Below are positions 28,480 to 43,400 of a DNA stretch of 64,000 nucleotides, one piece after another; position 1 is the stretch's first letter, and each line of letters starts with the position of its first letter. This stretch comes from a virus (taxonomy: Duplodnaviria > Heunggongvirae > Uroviricota > Caudoviricetes): the IMG/VR virus record IMGVR_UViG_3300029969_000011. The stretch is one strand, 5' to 3'. The notes below the pieces were generated by a model. It was not told the origin of the DNA and made no database searches. It saw only the letters and a list, made by a program, of their open reading frames with translations. The position numbers and the translations under genes were made by a program.

Positions 28480-31400
28480 TCAACTCCCATAATATCCTGG
28501 GTCTAATAATCCATAAGTTTCGATAGAAGTACTACCTCCACCACCTTCACTACCAGTACCAGTATATTCAGTATAAGTATTTTGACAGTCTATTGTGTAT
28601 GGAACTCCAGCAATAGGAAGCTTGTTAGAAAAATAAATTTTCTATTTAGAGCCATAACTTCCTGTTACTTCATACCATCCTCTATAAAACATTTCAAATA
28701 TTTCGTGTAAATTTACATATTCTTTATCTGCATTTTGTTTAAGTAGATGCTGAATTACAGTTAATCCCTAAGATGCTCCTGGTATATTTATTGTGGTAAC
28801 GAATAAATCTTCCTCTGTTGGTAAATATGCAAATTGTCCTTCTGTACTAAATGAACCAGTAATTTTTTTAATTTCGTGATTATGGCGAACTAATTTAATG
28901 CTGGCAACTGCGGTAGAAATAGCTTCATCTAATGGAATACCATTCTTATCTCGGATGTTATGGAAATCCAAGTACATTACTCCTCGTTCTATCCAAATAT
29001 CCGCATTTTTGATTTGTATTTCATCAGTAATTTTTGAACTTTGAGTAAGCAAACTGCTTCCAGTCTTATCATAAATATCTCCTCCCATATACAAAGAACC
29101 ATCTTTTTTAATTGAGAAAATATTTTTAGCTTTTCCGTCAGTGTCTTTAGCACAGCAGAATAATCTTTCATCACCAGAAACCTAATCTTCCAAAGCAATT
29201 TTATTGTTAATATATAATCCCGCCGCGCCAGTAACCGGCTGAATAGGAGTCTGCTATTCGCTTTGAGTGATAAAGCCATAATTTATATCATTTTTATAAT
29301 AAAAAGTTGGAAGTGTAGATAAAGATATAGCATTTTGACCCTAATCCTAAATATAACCAGTCTTTTCCATCAAATTATATAGTGTAGATGAATTTGCGAT
29401 TGCAGAAGAATTAATATTCTCTTGCGGGCAGAATGAAATTTGCTAAGTGTTATATTTATAAATATCTCCTTTCTTAATGTAAATATCAGAATTTATAGAA
29501 GTAGGTTCTCCTCCATATGGATTATCCATTTGAGCAATTATAGATAATGAACTTGCACTATCATTTAAGTAATAAATATTATCCTTTAAAAATTCACTCA
29601 AAGTGCCTTCCTAAATTAGAGAAACTTTTATAGTTCGGACAATAGTTGAATCAGGGACTATTGTAGTTACAGTTAATGGGTTAGTATCCCAGTCATTATT
29701 CATAGGAATATCTCCATTTAGTAAATGATAGTTTAAATAATTAGCACATTCTTTGAAATCAAAATCATTAACTGTTATATTTAAGTAATCTGCCTCTGAA
29801 GGAAGAGTTATTGGAGTATCAAGTTTAATAGCAGTAATATTTTTAAAAGTATATGAATAAGTATATACCCAGGCAGAAGTTTCTCCGCCGGGACTATATA
29901 TGTCATCATCAGATACATAGATTTCTCCTTTAAGACTTAATCTTGCAGTAAGATTTCCTTCTGATGCGTCTAAGGATTCAGTATTTGTTCTAAAGATAGG
30001 AATACCTTTATTATCATATAAGAAGAAACCGATTTCCTCTCCCTATGTCTTTTCAGTATTTATTTTACCAGTAGAATCTCCATTAAAGTTATATCCTGCT
30101 CTTAAACGAATAAGACCTTTTTCAACCAGAGATAATCCATATCTATTGAATAAAGCATAATAATTAAAAATAAGGTCACTATCTGATGAGCTTAAACTCT
30201 ATGGGTCTCTAAAAGCACTAATACCGTTTTTATCCCATAAGAAGTAAAGATAATTATTATCAACAATTCTTATCTTACCTGCATCAAGAGTACCAACATT
30301 AATATAATCAGCATTGATACCGCCAGGTCCAACTCCGACATTCCAGGTCTCTCCACCATTGTTAGAGAACTCCATGCCCTAACCATTTAAACGGTATTTA
30401 TTGCTATGATTATTAATATCGCTACCTGATTGACCTTGCTTATCTATTTCAATATTTGTTTCTGCCGTCTTAATAAGCTGCATCTCGTTAGTGTCAAGAG
30501 TTCCTTGCAAGCTCTCCTAATCAATATTCTGATTAGAAGTGAAGTTAGATGCACGCTTATAGATGTTCTCATTAAAAGTTAATGACTAAACGCTCGCAGT
30601 AACCTACTGGAATAAGTCTGCAAACTGAGTGGTAAAGTTCTAAACATTGATAGTGTTCTTAGCAGGCTCATCAAGATTATATGTAATACCAGATATTATT
30701 ACCTTAAGTTTATTTGGAAGTCCAGTAATTTTATTTATACCGAACATACCTATATCTTCAACATATGTAGTATCTGCAATATTAAATTTATAATCTTCGT
30801 ATTCAGGAAGAGCATATAGGTCTACAACACTAATGTTATATGATACCTTCGGTATCGCTCCTTCTGCCGCGACCTCACAAGCTCCGAAGTAATATGCGTT
30901 ATCAGAAACGTAATTACTATCTGTCCAAGTACCTTCCTTAAGATATGGCTCATATTTACGGAAAAACTTTATTGCTAACTTATTGATTTCTTTCAAGTAA
31001 TAAGCCTATTTCTTTTTCCATTCAGCTATCTAAAGATACTCTCTATTGTACTGTCCTAACATACCAAGATTGTATGTATGCTATTTAAACCAAGGACTCT
31101 CTTGCATCCATTTAATGTCGTGTCCTTCATCATCGAAGAAAGTTACTACCGCGGCGCGGTCACCTGGTTGTGGAGTAAGATTATTTTCTAAGGCAATATT
31201 TAAGTATTCATCTGTAACCTAATCAAAGAATGTCTCATATATTAAGTTATTTAATATATTAAGCTGTTCATTATATTTGGTTATTTGATTCTGATAGCTC
31301 TGATTTTCCTTGTTAGCCTCGTCTGCGCCGGCGCCCTTAGATTCGTACATAGCAATACCTTTCTTCAGTTTAAACAACTATTTCTATGCTGTTTCAATTC

Positions 31401-34400
31401 CTTTAACATTAGTTTCAACATTAGCTTGAAGTTCAGTTAAAGATGAAGTAGAAAGATTTATAATTGCATTAGAAAGTTTATCGTATTCAGTATTCAAATA
31501 GCCGAGCTGTTTAAGATAACCATAGTCACCTTCACCCTTACCATAAAGGTCTGCATCAACAGAATCTTTATCCAAGATACCTTTAGTTGTGTAGTATCTG
31601 AAATCAATGATAAAGCTGTCTTTAGAAGGGTTATCTTCTGCTGTTTTAATTGAACATAAACCAGTTTTAGAAAGGTCACTATCAACATCGGCAACATATA
31701 GCTTTGTAACTATTTGGTCACTCTTAATATCACGAGAAATTGAGGACAAGTTCTTTTCATATCTGAAGCCGAGTTTATTCTCCATACCTTTTTCCTTGAT
31801 ATAGAACACTTTCTTTCTCATTCTTTCGTAAGTATCTGTACCATAAAGTGACTTAGTTTCTTCATCACATTCTACAGTATCAGTTTTTATCTTACCATTC
31901 TCATAGTGCTCTGTCCAATAGATTGGATATATTTCAAAAACTTTACTAAGCTCCTGTGTTAAGTTAAAACGGTTAGACTTCTCTCCATTAAGAGTTCTTA
32001 TTTTACGACAATGCTTTTCTGTCTCAAATAAATATGGGCAATATCCATATTTCTAATAAAGACATAAATGGTCGCCGCCGTAAGAACAGTCTGGAGAATT
32101 TTTATTAGAAGTCTTATTATAGTATTTACATTTATTCAAGTCAATATACTTTGTAGCAATATCTATATCATCGTTATTAAATTGTGCCGCACTATATGGT
32201 AAATCATTATGAGATATGTTTGTATTCTTAAATGCTATTAAGTCAGCATAATCACTAAGTATTTCTTTCTAAGCGAAAGTATCAGCGATACTTTTTCTTC
32301 CAGTACGAATACCAGTTTCTTCATCTGTTTGATAAGCAATTACCTATTGAATAAAGTATTTTTGATATGCGTATGTATCACCAGGCATTACGTCTTCTTC
32401 AAAGATAATCTTTGCGTGGACAGCCGCCTTATCAAACATATCTGTAATGCTACAATTATAAACTCCACTAACAATGAAAGAAGAAGTATTTTCTTTAAAA
32501 GTCAAGTCATATAATTCTCTACCGCTATATCTATATTCAGGCTCTTCATCTTCATTTTCACTTATAAATTGGTCAACACCTTTAGTATAAGCTTCAAATA
32601 GATAGCTGTTAAATAAGTAATAATCGGGAATTGTATGTGTAGTTACTTTAGTATATTCCTCTTCCTCATAAGTTCCAGACTAATCGACAGTAAAAGTAGA
32701 TTTTCCTGCTGTAATAGCATAATATGGATTGTCTATATTGTTATCGAACTTAATAAAAATATAGCCTTCATATATGTCAATCTGCTTCACTTCTGTATCT
32801 CGTCCATCAGTAGACTTGACTCTGATAGTCTCCTGGTCACCAGTAAAAGTTACAATGTCTTGTAATGAAAGACATACTCCAGTAGACTCTTCCTCTGAAC
32901 TTGGATTAGCAGGACAAATTATATCATATTCACCATTAGTGACAACTTTACCTTCACCTATTCTTATTTCAAAAGCACTAAGTGGATTGCCACTGTCTGA
33001 ACGATATTTTTCTTCCAAACCAATCTTAATACCTAAACAGTAAATCATGTCCTTTATGATTTTCTTCTCTTGACCTACTATACCAAAATTAATTATAGTA
33101 TTGTAATAGTCAAACTTATCAGAAAGACCTGCCGGACTTAAGTAATTATCTGTTCTAACTTCATTATGAACAGATGTGCTTGGAAAATCTTTTAAGCTTG
33201 GTATAACCTATAAGAAGGTATTTTCAGGTTCAGTAACATATTCGTATGTCTCAATTGAAGAAGAAGCTTTTTCAGTTGTTCCAACTCTCATTTGAAGATT
33301 AGAGCAGAAGTAACTTTTAGTTCCTTCGTCTCCAGCGAATATTTTACAAGGTTCCCAACCATCTGTGCTTTTTATCTTAGTACCATTCTATAAATAGTTT
33401 CTTGCAAGCTAAGGAATAATCTGACGAGTTTCAGTCTTAGAGCAAACTCTATATTCAATCCCATCAACATCTTGCCATAAGCCGTCTGGATTAGTATAAA
33501 GGTCTTTTAATTCGCTACTATTGAACTTCTAATTATAAACCTTTACATATTGGTCAATATCCTCGGTAATATTAACTTCTGTGCGGTCAGAAATTGAAAT
33601 CTTTTTACCATACAAAACCTCAATATCATTTATCTTATCGAGGTATCCTTCATAATATGCAGCCATATTACCGACAGCTTCCATTTCGTATCCTGACATC
33701 TGAGCTGCATAGAATTTCTTTCCATCATTTCTCTTTATAGGAAGGAACTGGTAGTAGTATTTAGAATTGATATGCTCGTTCCATTCTTTAACTGTCATAA
33801 CATAAGTGTAGTCCTTATTAACAATGAGGCCCGCTTCATCAATCTCAATTTCTGCTCCTTTAGGGATAGCTATAAATTGAATCAATGCTGTTGGGTCTAC
33901 AGTATTTGGTGCAATAGCATAAGATTTATTGTCATAATAGCAAACTTCTTCTGTTGCGGCATAGTTCTCATCTGATGTATTCTAATAGCAAAATTCAAGC
34001 TGTGAATATGGAACATAGATATATCCATCATTTGGGATATTAGAGATAGTATTGCTCATTAATGGCATAGAACCGTCATAAGCATCCCAGAAGTATCCTC
34101 CCTTACCATCAACTGCCGCGGCGAGGTCGTCGCCCATTTCAAGACCACGTTTCTCTTTTGTAAAAACATTTATAATCTGTTCTTCATTTCGAGGTTCATC
34201 AATATTATAGTAAAGTTTATGACCGACAAGAGTTGGGAATAAATCTCCACCGACAGGAATCTTAAATAACTTTTCTTCTAAGTATTCGGTGAAATCACCC
34301 CAGTTGTGTTCTGGCGCATAACTCCAAATACTATCTTCGAGAATAACTCTTGAAAATGTACCGATTTCCTCAACATTGTTATATAGCTCAGTATCAAAAG

Positions 34401-34812
34401 TGATACCGTAGCCGTTACGAGAAAGCTCGTCAATGAAAGCATCGCTACAACTATACTTTTTCATATAAGATTTAAACTACTTTGAATCTGAAACTGACTT
34501 AATATAAAACTCATACCACTCGCCCATGAATTTCAACTTAATCTTTCTCTCATTAAAAAGATTATCAACGAATTCATTTCTGACATACTCACCTTTTTCA
34601 CTGTCAAAGTATCTATCAGGGAGCTGGAAAGTTAAAGTATGAGTACCATTAAGTTTAGTCTCAAATTTAATATCAGTGGCGCGCCCAAGATAGGACATAT
34701 CATGGGCGCCGATTATATATTCTTTCTTTTCTATTTTTTGACCGTTATCCCCAAGTGTCTCAGACCAGACACTCAATTCGTATTCGTGTTTTTGAATACT
34801 CACCTTTATCAC
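28480..34812 (-). CDS. Large tail-tip (Tal-like) protein, about 2110 aa, many TAG
   Basis: Six track fragments share one frame; the gaps I checked contain only TAG stops. Motifs KSNRFNLTQEL, YEKNLSSISRDIKSDQIVTKL, NVQNFTTQFADLFQQVTASVQSL, FSNNGGETW; follows Dit. Confidence 0.8.
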
Positions 34813-34815
34813 CTC

Positions 34816-37353
34816 TTAATAGAATAGCGGAACGTATTTAATCTATATATCATTGAGCAAATCAATGTATCCCCAGTAAATAGGAGGGAAGTTTGCCCAG
34901 ATATAGTTATTAGCATACCACCACCATTCACTTAATTCTCCGTGGAAATATTCATTTGGATTTGCACCAAAATTATTTCTCCAATACTCATCAAGAGTAC
35001 GCAAGAATTTAACTTCAGTTACTTCAGTGCGCTTCTTATAAATGTCGTCTCCAAATGCGGCCGCGGCACTACTGAAATCTGCAAGAACTAACATTTCTCT
35101 ACGATAATCTTCATACCAGCGACGTAATTGGAAGATATGCTCTATCTATTCCATTTCATCTGTAGTAAACTGTCCATTATCATAGACGAGTTCTCCTTCA
35201 TGTCCCTCATCATCTCTAACAAATGCTTCGTCAGTATTTGTTGTTATGTATTCAGGACAATATTTCTCAATATGGCGTTTTACCAATTTAGTATAAATTG
35301 TATTGTATATCTAACGCTTCTTTTGAACTTCTTCATAGTTAGCATCTTCACTCCAACCCCAATCGAATGGTCTGGCATCGAGCCATCTCTTGCCGCCCCA
35401 GACATCTTCGTCGACTACTGGAGTTATATTAATCAAAGACCATCCAGGAGGAAGTTTAAACCAGTGACCTTTTTCAATATTCTCATTAAGAATATTCTTA
35501 CGAGGTTTATAATCATAGAAGTTATCATAAAGCTCTTCGTTGTCTTTCTCCCATTTTGGTTCAATTATATTATACAACATTCTACGGTCAGTGTCAAGGA
35601 ATAGAGGTTCAATAGTCTAATGCTTGACATCTTTGTCTTGTATAAACTAATCAAAGTCTTTTGTGTTTATATCAAAATAATCTCCTGTAATATATTGAGG
35701 ATAATTATTGATATTAAGGTCAAACTAACCATATTTAGCATTATCATTAGTTTTCACACGTATATACTCTGCTGGACTATAAATATAATCATAGACGAAA
35801 TCTTCATATGTATAGTCATCATTGAATATTCTTGGAAGTGGAGCCCTTGCTTCTTGAAGAGCCTCATCTAATGCTAAATAACGACTTAAAATAGCATCCT
35901 TAAGAGTCTTCCAATAAAGCTCATATCTTTCTTCGTCAGTAATACATTCTTTATAGAGCTCTTCATATCGTGCCGCCATAGCCTTACCCTATTCAAAATC
36001 AATAACCTGTTTTACATATGGGTCGTCTTTATTTAATTGTAAGCTCTACCAATAAAAAAGTCTAATAAAATGTCCAAGCTTTTCTCTTGGAATAGGTTCA
36101 ATTAAATAAGTATGATTAGGATGAGCCATTTTAAGATTACGATATGCCGGCTCATAGAAATTAATAGTCTATCCGTCAACTTCTGTTGAGGTAACTAATT
36201 TTGTATCATCAATACCTTCTGCAATAGTAAAGTATCTATTACCATATTTATAAGGCACATTGTCTTCGTCTCTAAATGTTGTTAATCCAGTCCAATCAAC
36301 AGCATCCTCAATCAATAATCTCTATACATTATGACGAGAAATTCTGAATGTATATGGGTCACGACCTCTAAACTGCTTTATAAGATTACCAATACGAAGT
36401 TCAAATTCAACTGGTACATCGCCTGGATTATAAACCAATATTCTACTTCCCATAAGATTTGTATTATGAGCTGAACCAATGTCCATATTGTAATAATCCT
36501 TCTTACTGTACTAAGGTAAATAAATTAACTCTTGGTCATAGTCTAATGTTGGTGTAGTTAAGAGTTTAGCAGTTCCTTGCCATTCAGGTATATTCTTCCA
36601 GTATCCACGAACATCAATAAGAAGTTTATTATCATTATTTGGTGCGTCAGAACAGTCCTGTGGAATAACTGGTCTATCTGTTGATGGAGGAGGAGTAAAG
36701 TAAAGTTCTCCCCATTGAGTCTGCTCTATGGTTGGATATCCACCCTTCCAAGGAGTATTCATATTGGGATGAACATTATAATGGTCTTTGATAAGACCAG
36801 GTAACATCTTCTTAGGGCCGCGGCGTCTGTATGGATTTTCTTCGATACTATTAGTGATAATATCTTCTGGCATCATACATTTATAATAGTCTGCCGCCCT
36901 AACAACATATTTATTAAAACCAAAGGCATAAGGGAAATAGCAAATGAACTAAAGAGTACCCTCTCCTTTGTAAACTCTTTCTCCAGTCTCTCTATTTGTA
37001 AAACAAATGTGCTTAAAGTCTGGATTTTGTTTTATTTTGGCTCTATAAGTTTTATATGGTAATTCATCGAATACTAAATCCTATAATTTATCTGTTGCAA
37101 ATAATTGAGCTATCTTTCGGAAGGTAGGTTCGCTTACATTATCAAAAGCAACATGAACTGTAAAACTTCTTGCATCAAAAGTCTAACCAAAATAATATTT
37201 TCCATCCCCTCCCGGCACATCAATAGTATAATCTTTAGGAGGAGGTAAAAGATTCTTGTCATAGCGATTACTTGAACTGACTACGACTAAATCTAAGTCT
37301 GAGGAATGAATATCTCCAAAACGGAATCCCTCAAAGTCTTTCATCTTTGCCAT
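34816..37353 (-). CDS. Distal tail protein (Dit) with large insertions, 845 aa
   Basis: GDGKYYFGQTF, FDELPYKTYRAK, VYKGEGTLQFICYFPYA, NPGDVP; directly after the tape measure gene. Confidence 0.75.
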
Positions 37354-37378
37354 TTTCTCACCTCATTAAAATAGGCAT

Positions 37379-37404
37379 TATGGGGATAATTGCTTATCCC
37401 CATA
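37379..37404. other. Perfect hairpin between TMP and Dit
   Basis: TATGGGGATAA-ttgc-TTATCCCCATA with no U-tract on the - strand; possibly an RNA processing or stability element. Confidence 0.45.
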
Positions 37405-37408
37405 ACCT

Positions 37409-40400
37409 TTAGACTCTTTTGTTTAAAATGACTGCTGTTCCCGTCGGCTGTGCAGCCTCAGCTATATCTTCTTCAACACGCTTTATTAAGCGGTCAACAT
37501 CATAATCATCTGAAATACTTTCCACATTAATGTTGATTTCTATAGAAGTATCTCCAATAGATGAAGAAACAGCATTTTGAGCAGATGCAGAATTAAGAAG
37601 TGGTGACATTGCGAATAATTGTGCCGCAGTCAAGAAACGTTCTGTATCTTCTGCGGATAAGAAAGCTTCTGGTCGAGATGGGGTACCATCTACTTGAGCT
37701 ATACCTGTATATGGAACAAGTCCACCAGTTGCATATTTCTACCAATTATATCCATATCCGCTGCCAGTTCCGGAAGCCATTGGATTTGGGTCATATTGTA
37801 CTGTTGCTCCATTTGCTTTCCACATTTTTGCAACGCTTTCGTCTTTTGTATATCTGTATTGAGCGTTCCAAGCAATCTGATAAACAGGTACTCCCATATC
37901 TTGAGAAGGGTCTGAATATGTATCAAGCTAATCCCATAATTCCTAAAGTTCTTCTGTCTTTGTCTTTGGTGCAACATATCTTCTTGAAGCTTCAATCTAA
38001 GAGGCTCTTGTTGGATTATATATGAATCCATTCTTATCTTCGCTCCATACATATCCTTTTTCTTCGGCTGCATAAGTAATAGCACTCTTTTCCATACCAG
38101 TTGGAGCTTTATTATAAGATTCTGTATAATGTTTTCCTAAGTCTTCTGTCTCTGAATAAAGAGTATCTGCTTTTTCTTTAGCAATTCTTGCCAATTCTTT
38201 TTCATACCAGTCTGCTAAATCTGTTGCATATTTCTATGCTCCTTCTTTATGAGTTTTATAGTAATTATCCCATGCAGTATTAGCATCTAATAAAGATTCT
38301 TTATAATCAGCAATATTTCTGGTTAATTCAGCATAAGCATCTTTTGCATCAGCAAGCGCATTATCAGCAGAAAGCTGAGCTTCTTCTATATCTTCTATAA
38401 CTTTTTGGGTTGTATTATTGCTTGCATTAATTAAATCATTTTGAATATTCTAAGAAGCTGCCTATATCTCCTAATCTGTTGCCTATATATATCCAGTATA
38501 ATTTTCATTAAACTATGCTAAATAAGATAAACCATCCGCATATTTTTCTTTCCATTCATTAGTTATTTGCTCAATCTCTTCATCAGTAATATCATCTATC
38601 TTTTTATTAGCGTAAAGCCAAGCTACAGCATCATCTTCACTGGTCCAAGAACTCATTTGTTCTTTCATTAATTTAGTCCATTCTGTTGATTCAATTATAG
38701 CCTCTGTATTTTCAGTTAATGCTTCTCTTTCTTTAGCTCTATCTTCTGCTGCTTTTTTCATTTCATCAAGTAACATATCGACTTGCTTATCTAAATTGTC
38801 CTGTCTATCTTTTTCTATTTCTTCTTGCAACTATAAAGTTTCTTTTGCATTTGCTCCAGAAGTGTCTCGTTGTAATAAAGATAATTTTTTCTCTTTTTTA
38901 GCAAGGTCTTCTTCTGAATTAGCCATATCACGAAGTTTTCTTTCTTTATCAATTGCTTCAGACAATGCATCGTAATATTCATCATCAGCTTCTTTCATAC
39001 TTTCATATTTTTCTTTTAATGTATCTACTTCTTCTTGTGCGTTTTCTTTAAGAATATTTGCTCCTTCTTTAAGTAAAGTATTATATTTATTTAGATATTC
39101 TTTCTATTCTGCAAGCATATCCTAATCAAACTATTTTTTTTCTTTTAAAATTGCTTCATTCTATTCTGCATAGCTGTTCTATTCGCTTAAACGTCTTGCA
39201 ATTTCATCTCTCATCTTATTCGGCATATCAGAGCTATTGGCATAAGAATAATTGAATGAATAACGACCATTACTTTTGTACCAAAAGTCTGAGTACTGAT
39301 TAAGCCAATTTTCATTATCATTCATGGCTTCAGTAATAGCCTTAGATTTAGCTCCGAGTAATACTTGTTTATCATGAGCTGTTGCATTTTTATTGTTTAA
39401 TACATTTACTCTACTTAATAAATCAGTAGTATCTTTCAATTCTAAATTATAAAGTTCCTAAGCATTAGTAATTTGACTTAAAGCAGTTTCATAATTATAC
39501 ATAGGTCCTAAAGATGTATTCCAAGTTTTTGAACCATGATATGCTTCCTGAACTTCTTTTTCTGCTTTAGCAATATCTCTTAATTGTTTCTATTCATCTC
39601 TTAATGCTTTATTATACTTCTCTTCTGCTTCTGCTCTTGTTTTAGATAGTTCTTTTTCCATATCTATTAAGTCTTGAGCTGCGTGTTTTTCCATAGACTA
39701 CGCCGCAGCAATGGCTGCATTATAAGCCTATTCTGTTTCAATTCTTTGTTCAGCAGTTAATGTATCATCTTTTAATGATTCTCTTATTGCTTTTGCTTCG
39801 TTAAGCTATGAACTAATTTTACCTCTATATGTTTCTAATGCTTTCTCTAAATCAATAGTTCCATCTTCATTAATAGTTGAGCCATAGCCACCAGCCACTA
39901 ATTTATCTATATCATCAACAGTCATACCATTTTTGCCAATACTATTCTTATAAGAAGAAAGCATATCTCCAAAAGCACTTTGGGCATCTTTCATAGTTTC
40001 AATAACTTTTTTGAGAGCTTCATTATAAGACTCTATATCTTTTATTGGAGAAAGTAAATCATAGCTATTCCATTCATTATATAATGAACTTACTGTATTT
40101 TTTGCATATTCTGCATCGCCAGTTAATAAAGTTAAGTGTTCAATGTACTCATTCCAACGTGTCACATCAAAGCTATCTGGAGTTAATTGCTCGGCAATAT
40201 AATTTTTAACTGCTGCGGCAGTTTTCTTGTCGAGATTTCCAGGAATATCACTCATTAATTTATTCAAGGCATAAACTATAACTCCAGCATTTTCTGAGTC
40301 CATAATAGTTTCTCCAACAGCATTTAATGCCATTAGAGCTTCTGCGTTCATACCTTCAGTTATAGCATCAGAGAATCCAATATCTTTTAATAGCTATTTT

Positions 40401-43400
40401 GCAGCGTCATATGTATCAAATATTTCAGATGCTCCATCTGTAATATTATTTCCTTCAGAATCCTTACCGTAAATACCCTGTCTAAGCTATTCTACAAAAT
40501 CTTTGGCCGCCTCTGCACTATTAAATCCATACTTAGAATAATTATCTACAATTCCGCTAAGCTATTCAGAGACTTCGTCATATTTTTTACGAATTTCTTC
40601 TGGTGTATATTCAGAAGCCAACTTATTTATATCAGTTAACTCCTAAATTGCAGGCCAATAATCAGAGTCTACTATTTTATCCAAATTTTCTTTTAATTCT
40701 TTAGATGTATTAATCAGTCTGTCTCCAACAATTTTATTATAGAAATTTTCATTAATTGAGCCGTAGGCATCCTTAATTTTTTGACCCTCGAGTTTAGCAT
40801 ACTAATCCTATGTATATCCCCATTGAGCAAGAGCGCCTTTCACTTCATCTGATAATAAATCCCATTTAATAAATTGATTATCTTCTCCGAGAGCATTTTC
40901 TAATGCAGTATGCATAGCTTCATATTCTTCTCTTTTTTCTTTGCCCATTGGGTCATATCCGCCATCATCTTTTTTAATTACTTTAGTCAATTTTTTAGAA
41001 TTTCTATCTTTTATATCTGATGTTGAATATGCTTTTTCAAAATCGGTTTCTTTTAATTCATATTTAGTCGTACTCTAATCATGGAAACCTCTTAAGAATG
41101 TCTCACTAATTGACTCTTCATTTTTTCCATATTTTTCATTTGCTAAATACACAATTGTTGCATTATGACGTTCTTCTTTGACAGCTTCTTGACGCATTTC
41201 TTCTAATACATCTTGAACTATTCCTGTAAATTGTTCCTATTTTGAGGCACTTTTTTCAAGCCAATCTTCAAGTTTTTCCTATGAATCTATTTGTTTTCCT
41301 GTCTATCTGCTTAATTCTTCATAAATATTTCTCTAAGCTTCACTACTAAGTTTACTAAACATATTAAGAGTTTCAGTCATATCTGTATGGCTTTCAGCAT
41401 ATGAGCGTGCCCATGCGCTTACTCCAACTCCAATTAAAGCTCCTGCTGCTGCACCAATTCCTGCACCTATTGCAGTTCCAAGTCCTGGGACAACAGAACC
41501 AATAGCTCCACCAATAACTGAGCCAAGTTTTATTCCGCCTACTACGCCGCCTGTGACTGCTAATCCTGCAATTAAACCGTTCTAAGCATTTTTATTGTTA
41601 CCAAAATCATTGAAGCCTCTTTGTATAGAACTATCTCCTACAACTTTTTGGCCGCCCCACTATTCACCTACAGCACCTATAGTATTAGCTTTGGCTGACC
41701 CTATTCGTCCTGCAGAAATAGCTTTTTGTGCTGCAACAGCATCTTGTTGGATTTTTATAGCCTCATCGGTTTTCTTTGTAAGAAGAACCATCTTCCCTGT
41801 ATTTTCATCAAAACTATCTATCAAATCAGGGTACTAATTATTCATTAGCTCAGTTGCTGTAGCTAATCTTTCTTGTTCTTTTGCACTTAAATAAGTTCTA
41901 CCACTTAATGTATTAATAGCATCAACTGCATCTTCTAATGAAGTCAAATCGTTCTGAGCTTTATTATATGGAGACATATTATAAGACTATTTTTCCTTCA
42001 TATTTGCTGTAGCTGATTCATAAATTTCTCTACGCTCTTTCTCACGCTCTTCTTTTTTCGCCGCTCTTGTAGAATTGAATCCCATAGCTAAAGTCGCTAT
42101 TGTTGCAACAGCCATAATTGCAGGAAGGACTTTACCTACAAAACCACCAGCTTTACTTGCAAGTGATGAGCCGGTTCTTGTTAATGACTCTCCCTATGCT
42201 GTTGCTAATCTCATGTTACATTCTACTTCAGCTTCTTGAAGTCTTAATGCGTTTTCTGTTTGAGTTGCAGCAAGATTTGTAGCATTTACTGCTGCGGCGC
42301 CTGCCTCTTCAGTGGCAACCTCTGCTGTAGCACCTGCTTCTTCAGTAGCTACTTCTGTCCATGCGCCAGCCTCTTCTGTCGCAGCGGCGTCTGCTACACT
42401 TATAGTAAATGTAGATGCGGCCTCATTTACTGAGCCTAAAAAATAACTTGCAGCCTAATCTGTTTCAGCCGCAAATGTTGCTGCAGCCTATTCAACAGAA
42501 GAAGCCAAAGTAATATCAGTTGTTGCGGCTCCACCAAAACCGGTTAAGGCTCCACGGATTTCCGCAGCGGCCTGCAGACCGCCTTCTATAATACCTCTTC
42601 TCATAGAATTTGCAGCTTGAGCTCCGCCAGCAGTTATTTGCTGACCCATATTCTATGCAGGAGATTTACCTGTAGCCTACATATAGCCCTTCGCAAATTC
42701 ACTTGTTCCTGCTTTTAATGTAGAGACAAGTAATTTCAAGGCTTTTACAGTAGTCATTACTGTAATTAAAGTCAGAGTGAATTTTGGTAATGTGTTAGTT
42801 AAATCTGTAAATACAACCAATAAATTATTGGCTAAATCAAGTAACTTTTTAAATGTTTCACTTTTACCTAAACTTACTCTAAAAGCTTCCCAAGTGTTCT
42901 TTAATTTATTAACACGATATTTAACTGTATCTGCATATTTAGAGAACTAAATATTTGAACGTCCAGCAGAATCCTGCGCTATATTAACTAATTGCATAGT
43001 TCTCTCATAGTTTTCCATCATGGCGATGAAACGTGACTGTTGACGAGAACCTGCGGCGATAGTTGCAATATAACGTTGACTATTTCTATCAAGAGTATCC
43101 CATTTAGAGCTTAACTCAAGAAATACATCATCAAGATTTCTAAACTGTCCAGTAGCATCTTTAATATTAATACCAACTGTTTTTAACGCAGTATCAACCT
43201 TATTATAATCAAGGTCTTCAAATTCTGACTCTGTGGCACTAACATTCTTCTTTAACTCAGTGAATCTTGCGATAATTGTTTTCATCGCAGTACCGATATT
43301 CTCAGGAGCTTCCTGAGTAGTTTCAATCATCTGTGCTAAAAGTGCAGATGTTGTCTCGAAACTCATACCAGCATTTGCCGCGATAGAAGCAGTTTTACTC

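Noticed and set aside
42288-42384. TMP 11-aa repeats and the PEPEPE linker at 52555-52660 as novel elements
   Set aside because: 11-residue periodicity is typical of tape measures and Pro/Glu linkers are common, so they are listed as features only.
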